NCBI GenBank assembly: GCA_964016885.1
Contig: OZ024743.1
Location: 227,664,001-227,728,000, forward strand
DNA length: 64,000 nucleotides
Direction: 5' to 3'
DNA from: Eledone cirrhosa
Lineage: Eukaryota
The position numbers and the translations under genes are program-made. Each line of letters starts with the position of its first letter. Positions within the stretch are counted from its first letter, which is position 1. This document shows, piece after piece, positions 54,809 through 64,000 of the stretch. The notes below the pieces were generated by a model, which saw nothing but the letters and a program-made list of their open reading frames with translations, had not been told where the DNA came from and searched no databases.

Positions 54809-56893
54809 TTGGTTGTGACAAAATTGTACACAGAGAGAAAGAAAGAGAGAGAGAAAGAGAGAAAAAGAAATCCACCCCCTAACAAACTTTTATCTGACTT
54901 TGAAAACGATATAATTTCTATCATACAAGGGGTCAAATTCAAGAGAAACTTCAAAGGCCAGGAATATCTGAAAAGCATTAAGGATAACATTGAGAGCTTA
55001 GAGAAAACTGAGAAGATCTTGGTGAAATCTGACAAGACCAACAACCTCTATGGAGTGCAGAAAGACATGTATAATGGCCTCATACTGAAAGAGCTGAGGA
55101 AAAAGTACAAGGTAGCAGATAAGGCCGAGCTTGAGAAAATGAATGTTGAAGCATCTTGTATAATGCACGAGTTGGAAATTGAGAACAGAACACAACCTTT
55201 CGTGCCCAGAAAACCGAAGATCAATATGAAAGATCACAAGCGGAATTTTGAAAATGACCTGCCAGTTAGATTGATCGCACCATCAAAATCGGACCTGGGC
55301 AAATTAAGCAAAAACATTCTTGACAGGGTGATACGGCAAATTAAGAACTTGGATTGTTTATCTAACCTGAGCTTGTGGAAGGGAACTGGAGAAGTCGTTG
55401 AGTGGTTTAAGCAAATTAAATATAACAATAACAATAAGTTTATTCAACTTGATATAGCTAACTATTATTCTTCTATTACCCCTAATCTACTAAATAAGGC
55501 ACTAAATTACGCATTCAAACATACTGACCTAACTAGCAATGAAATGCATATTATATTATCGGCTAGGAAAACTTTGATAGAATTTAATGACCAACTATGG
55601 ACCAGAGCAGATAGAGATAGCAATTTTGACATTACTATGGGATCATCCGACTCAGCCCAGGTAACTGACCTTGTAGGTTTATTTTTAATCAATTCGCTAC
55701 ATAGGAAAATACCCGGTACTACCGGAGGTTTATATAGAGACGACATGCTTTTACTTATTGATAATAATAACTCTGAACTAAATAGAAAATGTAAACAAAT
55801 TACACATTTTTTTAATTACTTTAATCTTAAAATAGAAATTGAAAACAACCATAGAATAGTCAATTTCCTAGATATAACATTAAATCTCAACACATGTCTT
55901 CACTATCCTTTTCACAAGTTGAATGAAAACTTGAACTATGTAAACTTTAACTCTAACCACCCCAGATCTGTCAAAAACACTATAGTAAACTCTGTCCAAA
56001 AACGTATCTCTAGGATCTCGTCGAATAGAAAGATTTTCGACGAAAAAGCCCAATACTACAATGAAGCATTAGCTAGAGCAGGATATGCTGATAAGATTGT
56101 GTACATAGATAATGATAGACAAACTAAACAAAGTAACAACTTTTTTAATTACGGCAACATCCTTAACAACTATAATAGAAAGCATTACAATAATTCCAAA
56201 GGCCAAAAAAGAAATAGAACTAGGAACATAATTTGGTTTGCCCCCCCTTTCTCACTAAACATTAAAACCCACATCGCTAAACTATTTTTTAAAGCTCTTG
56301 ATAATCGCTTCCCTAGAACACATAGATATCACTCAATTTTCAATAGACATACAATTAAATTAACCTACTCATCCACCAAAAATTTAGCACAAAATATCAA
56401 TAGAATAAATAATAGGAACTTAAAACCTAGTGATAACAGCATAAATAATATACAAGTTAACAAATGTAACTGTAGAGATAGATCTAAATGTCCGTTAAAT
56501 AACAACTGCTTAGTTAAAAATATAGTATACAATTGTAGTGTTAATACTGACTCTAATTCTTTTAACTACGTCGGTTCCACATCGACGGAATTTAAACTTC
56601 GCTATAATAACCACAAGAATTCTTTCACAGATCCAAGTAAAAAATCTTCAACGGCACTATCAGGCGTACTATGGCAACTTAAGCTAGATAACGTTAGATA
56701 TTCGACGGCTTGGAATATAGTCTCAAGAGGGATTCCTTTTAATTCATCCTCTGAGACATGTGACCTCTGCGCAGAGGAGATATTCTTTATACTAAAATCT
56801 AAAAATTCCCTTAATCTACGGACAAATTTATTCAGTTGTTGCAAACATAGATTAAACTCAACGTTTAAATATAAATTTAAATTTAAAATGTAG
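54809..56893 (+). CDS. PLE reverse transcriptase + GIY-YIG endonuclease (open frame; true element sequence begins ~54869 and the native N-terminus is probably lost)
   Basis: PVRLI, LDIANYYSSI, ITMGS, LYRDD, FLDI; IIWFAPPFS; Naiad CxCx5C (CNCRDRSKC); IVY..YVGST..FKLRYNNH; CDLC; CCKH. The first ~20 codons come from the inverted pLTR. Confidence 0.93.
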   Translation: MVVTKLYTERKKEREKERKRNPPPNKLLSDFENDIISIIQGVKFKRNFKGQEYLKSIKDNIESLEKTEKILVKSDKTNNLYGVQKDMYNGLILKELRKKYKVADKAELEKMNVEASCIMHELEIENRTQPFVPRKPKINMKDHKRNFENDLPVRLIAPSKSDLGKLSKNILDRVIRQIKNLDCLSNLSLWKGTGEVVEWFKQIKYNNNNKFIQLDIANYYSSITPNLLNKALNYAFKHTDLTSNEMHIILSARKTLIEFNDQLWTRADRDSNFDITMGSSDSAQVTDLVGLFLINSLHRKIPGTTGGLYRDDMLLLIDNNNSELNRKCKQITHFFNYFNLKIEIENNHRIVNFLDITLNLNTCLHYPFHKLNENLNYVNFNSNHPRSVKNTIVNSVQKRISRISSNRKIFDEKAQYYNEALARAGYADKIVYIDNDRQTKQSNNFFNYGNILNNYNRKHYNNSKGQKRNRTRNIIWFAPPFSLNIKTHIAKLFFKALDNRFPRTHRYHSIFNRHTIKLTYSSTKNLAQNINRINNRNLKPSDNSINNIQVNKCNCRDRSKCPLNNNCLVKNIVYNCSVNTDSNSFNYVGSTSTEFKLRYNNHKNSFTDPSKKSSTALSGVLWQLKLDNVRYSTAWNIVSRGIPFNSSSETCDLCAEEIFFILKSKNSLNLRTNLFSCCKHRLNSTFKYKFKFKM

Positions 56894-57401
56894 TATATTT
56901 AGTTTGATTTATAATTATATGGGAAACTAGCCGATAAATCTTTGATTCTCTTTTTACTCTTTTTATTTTTATTTTATTTATTTAAACATTCTTCATGAAA
57001 AATTAAACTATCCTAAAAGTTGATGCTTCAAATATTTCGAATAAACGTTACACTAGATAAACTTCTATATTAAATATAAGAACACATGTAGACCAAATTG
57101 GGCATCCTATACTTTTTGAAATGATCTTTGCTAGATGCGATTTGATAGATAATTTTTGGCTTTATCTGTTTTTCGACTCTGATGTTTATAATGAACTTGG
57201 CAATATATTGTCAATTAATTTTGAAGGGTTGATCTTTGTGGTTTATTTTATTTTTATTACTGTAGTATTTCCTAATTTTTTATTTTTTATATTTTTAATA
57301 TGTAAATTTTTTAATATGTAATATTTTTAATATGTAATACTCTTTCGTAATATTTCTTAGTTTTCTATTTTATTATTACTTATTATTATTATTGTTATTT
57401 T

Positions 57402-57601
57402 AGGCGGTGGATTGGCAGTATCGGTAGAGGGTCGGTAGAGGGTCGGACGCCATGCTTTCCAGCATAGTTACGTCCCTTTACGATCTGAGTTCAAATCCCA
57501 CCGAGGTTGACTTTGCCTTTCATCCTTACGGGGTCGATAAAATAAAGTACCAGTAATGCACTGGGTAATTGCTGGCCTTGTGCCAAAAGTAGAAACAATT
57601 A
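57402..57601 (+). mobile_element. tRNA/Nin-type SINE inside the PLE 3' region
   Basis: Consensus match with an internal 11-bp duplication; ATTATTATTGTTATTTTAG duplicated on both flanks. Confidence 0.93.
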
Positions 57602-58528
57602 TTATTGTTATTTTAGTTTAGTTTTGTTTCCGATATATTTTTATTTTTTATTTTTATTTTTATTTTTATTTTTATTTTTATTAGTATATTGAAATCTGCT
57701 CTATCTTTGCTTGATAGATAATCTTGTAGAGTAGAGACAGAAATAGTAATATTGACTCTATATACACATATATGTATACTTAAATTTTTATACCGCATTG
57801 AGAATACTTTCCGTGAACTTAGGGTTTGCAGAATTGATCATGTACATTCACATAGATGTTTGTAATTATCACATAAACATATGAATTTTTTTAAAAAACT
57901 AAACATAAGATCATTAATTTTCACACATTGTGGATACATATCTCATTCAGGAATACTGATATTTACAATGCAGAGGCTGGTTTTGTAATTACTAATACCT
58001 CTACATTAAAACAGAGGTTTGTACGCCTCGCTTGTGTCTGGATGTTTTTGAATTTTCTCTCTCTCTTTTTTTCTCTCTCTATATTTTTTCTCTCCCTATT
58101 TAACAGCTGGTTTTCCCTCCATATATCTCCCTTACATTAATACTAGAGCTAAATAAATAAATAAACAAATAAATGTATCATTGATACGTTATTCAACAGT
58201 CGTTCCACTACCTAGCTTTCTATATATGTATCTATCTCTATTTCCTCTCTCTATATATATATATATCTCTTTCTGTTTCTTTACATGAAGTTCTTCTCTT
58301 TATCTATCTTTCCATCTCTCTATTTTGTTCCATGCATTTCTTCTTTTTCTTTTTCTTCGTTTTCTGTCTTTCTTTCCTTTTTTCTCTCTTTTTCTCTCTT
58401 TCTCTCTCTCTTTCTTTCTCTCTGTGTACAATTTTGTCACAACCAAATCAACCTTCTCAAATGCAAGTAGATGTTGGTACGGTATGTCGAATCTATTTAT
58501 CTATTTATCTATAAAACTGTTTATATTG

Positions 58529-58594
58529 TATTTTGTCTGAGGAAGGCATAGCATATTGTTAATATGTTATCCCTGAAATATATATAATGAAATA
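58529..58594 (+). ncRNA. Type I hammerhead ribozyme in the PLE pLTR
   Basis: TATTTTGT-CTGAGGA-AGGcATAGCATATT-GTT-AATATGTTATcCCT-GAAA-TATATA-TA-ATGAAATA. Confidence 0.85.
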
Positions 58595-58733
58595 AATATG
58601 GTTTTATAAATATAGTTTCCATTTATTTAATATTGTAAATATACTCCAAATATTTGTCGAGTGCTTTTATATCAGTTATAAATATTTACTAGTTGTAACA
58701 CAACAATTTAAATATAACTTTCCATACATATAT

Positions 58734-59058
<325 letters not shown>

Positions 59059-59095
59059 TATAATAACTTGTGTGTTACACCTCTATTCTTTTAAC

Positions 59096-59134
<39 letters not shown>

Positions 59135-59308
59135 GGATATATATATTGTTATATATTGTTATACTTGGGGATGGTAATATTGCCAGAAATAATAACAGAA
59201 CACACTCACTGTTTGGTTGGTTTTCGCTTCTGTATCTTTTACATCTCCATAGTTAATTTATTTGGCAATGAATGTTTATCATTGATTGACCAACGGTTAA
59301 AAATACAG

Positions 59309-59377
<69 letters not shown>

Positions 59378-59379
<2 letters not shown>

Positions 59380-59562
59380 TAAGTTATTCCGTGTTGAATC
59401 GGAGGTAAGCCCAGTGAGTAAGGTACTCAATACATAGCAGAGTATAAAAGTTTTAATATAGATAAGATTCTACAGGACTAGAACTGTTTCATACTTTAGA
59501 AGTCATCATGATGATTTCTAAAGAATGAAACAGTTCTAGTCATGGAGAATCTCATCTACATA
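59378..59562. mobile_element. Fold-back hammerhead mini-element (same family as 26051)
   Basis: CTACAGGACTAGAACTGTTTCA..TCATCA|TGATGA..TGAAACAGTTCTAGTC. Confidence 0.8.
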
Positions 59563-59576
59563 TATATATATATATA

Positions 59577-60515
59577 TATCACGATAAGTTAACGGAGCCA
59601 TAGGCCCTCGCCATTCCCTGTAAATAATGTGCTCAAAGGAGAAGAAATCCTGAGCTCTTTAAAATACAATATGTTGAAAAGGTAACACACCAGAGAGAGA
59701 TATACAGTGCGCTATCGATAAAACAGGGAAAAAACCACCATTATCTGGAATCTATAACCTATGAAAGGCAGACTATAGAGACGATAATTAAAAATATAAA
59801 TTAAAGTGTGAATAAATACCTCTATAACTATATAACACACGTACAAATCCAAAGAGATGTTTCGCCAGTAATTTGTTGACAGAAATGGAATAACCTCGGT
59901 TCATCAGCGTGTGTAAGGCTATACATTTCAGACAACACTAAGAGAATTTTAAAAGTGACTGCCCAGCTACACGTGGGAGAGGGAGGTCGCAGCGTGTTTA
60001 AGGGCAGTGAACCAGTGGCCTCTGAGGGAGGAACTGCTAAAAAGGGCAGCCCAAAACCACTCAGAGAAGTGTGCTCAAACAAACAGAGTGATAGGAAAGA
60101 CTGTTATATGGAGCGAAATATCACGATAAGTTAACGGAGCCATAGGCCCACGCCATTCCCTGTAAATAATGTGCTCAAAGGAGAAGAAATCCTGAGCTCT
60201 TTAAAATAAAATATGTTGAAAAGGTAACACACAAGAGAGAGATATACAGTGCGCTATCGATAAAACAGGGAATTCTCTTAGTGTTGTCTTATTGATAACC
60301 GAGGTTATTCCATTTCTGTCAACAAATTACTGGCGAAACATCTCTTTGGATTTGTACGTGTGTTATATTGTTATAGAGGTATTTATTTACGCTTTAATTT
60401 CTATTTTTAATTATCGTGTCTATAGTCTGCCTTTCATAGGTTATAGATTCCATACACTCGTGGTTTTTTCCCTGTTTTATTGATAGCGCACTGTATATCT
60501 CTCTCTGGTGTGTTA
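59577..60515 (-). mobile_element. Retrozyme-like non-coding element: 542-bp period, ~150-bp direct repeat, inverted copy, hammerhead
   Basis: 59577-59730 repeated at 60119-60272; 60273-60515 is the reverse complement of ~59682-59947 with a small deletion. Confidence 0.88.
59835..59914 (-). ncRNA. Type I hammerhead ribozyme
   Basis: Minus strand ACACACG-CTGATGA-aCCGAGGT..ATTACTGGc-GAAA-CA..TG-TA-CGTGTGT; perfect 7-bp stem I. Confidence 0.82.
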
Positions 60516-60610
60516 CTGAATACTAACCAATACTTATTACTAATTTATACTTATTCCTAATTAAACTATTTTTCACTGGGAAAAGTTTGTCAGCATTTTC
60601 TTTTCCTTTT

Positions 60611-60668
<58 letters not shown>

Positions 60669-60702
60669 AGTATATATATATATTTATATCATTTCTCTCT
60701 CG

Positions 60703-60761
<59 letters not shown>

Positions 60762-60825
60762 TCTATCACACACATACACACATCTCGTGCATACACATTT
60801 GTGTTTGTATGTGTATATATATATA

Positions 60826-60978
60826 TTCAATATAGAACGGCTTCTACAGGACCAAAACTGTTTGGAATGAAACAGTCTTGGTCCTGTAGCAGCCATTTAT
60901 ATATTAAATATTGTATATACTCTACTGTGTATTGAGTATCTTACTTACTGTGGTTACTCCGTTTTGAATCCGGGATAA
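60826..60978. mobile_element. Fold-back hammerhead-half mini-element (same family as 26051)
   Basis: GGCTTCTACAGGACCAAAACTGTTT..GAAACAGTCTTGGTCCTGTAGCAGCC; the tail TGTGGTTAC..GAATCCGGGAT matches the reverse complement of 26011-26040. Confidence 0.75.
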
Positions 60979-60989
60979 ACACACACACA

Positions 60990-61056
<67 letters not shown>

Positions 61057-61159
61057 ACACACACATACACACGCACATATGTATGTATGTATGTGTATAT
61101 AGGTGTGTGTGTGTGTGTATATATTTTTTTCTTTTATTATTATTATTATTATTATTATT

Positions 61160-61810
61160 ACAGTTGCATTTATCTTGCTTTATGTTCATACGAGTTATCA
61201 CCAAGTCACAACCAGTGACCTCAAGAGACAACAAGGTCCGCCATGTTCAAGAAAGAACATACATATTCACACATGCATCTTTAGTGTTTAGACTTGTGAT
61301 GTACTTATATTGACAGAATCTTCCTTAGTATATGGGCAGTTCCCATTAGTACTATCTTTTGTATTTCTCCTATACGCGGGTTTCCTGGGATTTGCGATAA
61401 GTAGTCATTAGACCCCTTAGGTATCATTCCCAGAGAGCCTACAACCACTGGTAATGTTTTAGTTCTCAATTTCCACATTTTTCCAATTTCTATCTCCAGG
61501 TCCTTATACTTGCTCAATTTTTCAAATGTTTTTATAGATACATTCTTGTCTATTGGAACAGACATCAATTAGCAGGCATACCCTCATTGAAAGTCCTTCA
61601 ATATTATATCAGGTCTATTTGCATCTATTTTTCGGTCTGTTTGGATGCTAAAGTTCCACAAGATTGAGATGTGATCTTTTTCAAGTATGAGAGGTGGTTG
61701 ATGCTCCCACCAATTCTTTTGATGGGGCAGGTCAAAATGCTTACACATTATCTAATGTATGTATTGTGCAGCTCTGTCATGCCTGTTTAGGTATTCGGTT
61801 GGAGCTATAG
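61160..61810 (-). mobile_element. 5'-truncated Dong/R4-clade RLE non-LTR retrotransposon in (TAA)n
   Basis: Minus strand EYLNRHD..LWNFSIQTDRKIDANRPDI..(frameshift)..SVPIDKNVSIKTFEKLSKYKDL..PVVVGSLG..LMGTAHILRK; (TTA)n at 61134-61160 and 61811-61833. Confidence 0.88.
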
Positions 61811-61835
61811 TTATTATTATTATTATTATTATTAC

Positions 61836-62115
61836 AAATCCCGCCGAGGTTAACTCTGCTTTTCATCCTTACGGGGTCGATAAAATAAATTACCAGTAAT
61901 TCACTGGCATAATTGCTGGCCTTGTGCCTAAAGTAGAAACAATTATTATTAGAGGACCGGACGACATGCTTTGACGCATAGAGTTACGGCCCTTGCCATT
62001 CTCAGTTCAAATCCTACCGAGGTTAACTTTGCCTTTCATCCTTACGGGGTCGATAAAATAAAGTACCAGTAATGCACTGGGTAATTGCTGGCCTTGTGCC
62101 AAAAGTAGAAATAAT
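61836..62115 (+). mobile_element. Two tandem 5'-truncated tRNA/Nin-type SINEs
   Basis: 61836-61950 and 61951-62115, each ending in ATT repeats. Confidence 0.9.
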
Positions 62116-62835
62116 TTTTATTATTATTATTGTCGTTATTATGTTTTTTTTCGTGCAATGACCATACTCAATAACGAGGAGGCAGCCATCATCATGTATG
62201 TACGTATGTATGTATGTTCTTCTGGTTTTATAATTTCACAAATTTTTCCAAATAGAGAGAGTCGGTTTCTAACAGACACAAGACTCTCTCATTGGAATTT
62301 ACACAACATCAACTAGGTAGATTTTGTATGCATGCCTGCATGCATGTGTAGATATGGGTGTTATTGCATGTGTGGATGTGGATGTTTCGAGTTGTATGTG
62401 TGCATGTGTGCATGTGTATATGCTTTGTATCTGTACATGTGTATATGCAGTTATTAGATGCAAAATATTTGGAATGTTTTACATATTTTTACTGTTCCAT
62501 TAATGGATTGTACTTGTAATTTCCTAACTAGTTGTGTTCTTTCTGTTCCTGTGAAGCCTAGCTTCTCAAGATTTGTATTGAGGCAGTTACTAACATACCC
62601 CATTGCACTAATGTATGTACATGTGTGTGTTTGTTAAATATAAGATTTGGCAAAGATTAATTGAAGCAAGTATTCAGCAGGATTTGAATTAAAAAGGAGG
62701 AAAGGTTTCTAAAAGTATGAGCTGAGGGTGAGTTGTGTCCCCTACCATTGCATCATCACCCTTCCCCCACTGCCATTTCGATTTATATGTTCTTTTTCAA
62801 TAAAGAAATGTTCACATATTACACAATTAAATAAA

Positions 62836-62836
62836 T

Positions 62837-62921
<85 letters not shown>

Positions 62922-63006
62922 TGGTGGTGGTGGTGGTGGTGGTGGGGGTGGTAGTAGTAGTAGTAGTGGTGGGGTGGGGGGTTAGTAGTAGTAGTACTAC
63001 TACTAC

Positions 63007-63078
<72 letters not shown>

Positions 63079-63130
63079 CAACAGCAGAGCAGCATTAGCA
63101 GCAGTAGTAGCAGCAACAGCAGCAGCAGCA
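62836..63130. repeat. (TAG)n/(TGG)n/(CAG)n microsatellite
   Basis: Direct reading. Confidence 0.96.
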
Positions 63131-63153
63131 ATATTAGTATTATTATTATTATG

Positions 63154-63570
63154 CGCGGTGGATTGGCAGTATCGGTAGAGAGTCGGACGTCATGCTTTGC
63201 AGCAAAGAGTTACGGCCCTTTATGGTCTGAGTTCAAATCCCGCCGAGGTTGACTTTGCCTTTCATCCTTACGGGGTCGATAAAATAAAGTACCAGTAATG
63301 TACTGGGTAATTGCTGGCCTTGTGCCAAAAGTAGAAACAATTATTATGCGCGGTGGATTGGCAGTATCGGTTGAGGGTCGGACGCCATGCTTTGACGCAT
63401 AGAGTTACGGCCCTTGCCATTCTGATTTCAAATCCCACCGAGGTTAACTTTGTCTTTCATCCTTACGGGGGTCGATAAAATAATGTACCAGTTACGCACT
63501 GGGGTCGATTTAATCGACTTACCCCTCCCAAAAAATTGCTGGCCTTGTGCCTATATAAGAAACCATTATT
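63154..63570 (+). mobile_element. Two tandem full-length tRNA/Nin-type SINEs (short-tail and long-tail variants)
   Basis: 63154-63347 and ~63350-63570; both are preceded by ATTATTATGC. Confidence 0.92.
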
Positions 63571-63729
63571 ATTATTAGTAGTAGTAGTAGTAGTAGTAAC
63601 ATTTTTGTATTATGATAACGATAAATCTTGTATTAATGCCACTAATGTTTATGATGACGATCGTGATGATGTTGATGATAATGTCGATGTTGAGGACAAT
63701 GAGGATGATAATGATATTGATTTCTTTAT

Positions 63730-63776
<47 letters not shown>

Positions 63777-64000
63777 TATAATAATAATAATATCTCCAAA
63801 AAATTGCAGCAGCAACAGCAACAACATCACCAATATTAGGATTTGATAATGGTCTTTGTAAAGGTCTGAAGATTTACAAATCGTTGTTCATGTAGCTTTA
63901 TTTATTTTTTCCTCGAGATTTTATTTGTCTATTTTCCTTTCCTACGTCGTCGTCGTCGTCGTTGTTGTTCTTCTTGTTATTGTTCTATGTTCCATCTATA

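Larger units (their letters stand above)
54618..58730 (+). mobile_element. Penelope-like element, Naiad clade, 5'-truncated with inverted pseudo-LTR, inserted in (TA)n
   Basis: RT + GIY-YIG ORF, ~1.8-kb 3' region, pLTR 58387-58637 duplicated inverted at 54618-54868, hammerheads in both copies, (TA)n flanks. Confidence 0.93.

Noticed and set aside
56460-56850. Possible selenoprotein-type Naiad (UGA at conserved Cys)
   Set aside because: The CxCx5C, CDLC and CCKH cysteines use TGT/TGC and there is no in-frame TGA

Overview
Repeat-saturated, AT-rich eukaryotic DNA, most likely octopus or another cephalopod judging from the SINE families and microsatellite density (inference). No host exon is convincingly supported, and most short ORFs in the track are microsatellite artefacts. 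Coding elements: a full-length, apparently intact two-ORF Tx1/L1-clade LINE (minus strand, ~10857-16703) inserted in a (GATA)n tract; a degenerate sister copy (1-3545); a Penelope-like element with an uninterrupted RT+GIY-YIG frame carrying the Naiad CxCx5C motif and ~250-bp inverted pseudo-LTRs (54618-58730); and relics of further PLEs, RTE LINEs and a Dong/R4 RLE LINE. About 20 copies of a tRNA/Nin-type SINE are also present. The most striking signal is a swarm of non-coding fold-back and partial-tandem elements in or beside (TA)n tracts, many carrying type I hammerhead ribozyme folds (about ten with recognisable cores). These include head-to-head palindromic hammerheads and ~540-640 bp tandem units resembling retrozymes. 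All coordinates were read by eye; element boundaries may be off by a few to tens of bases.
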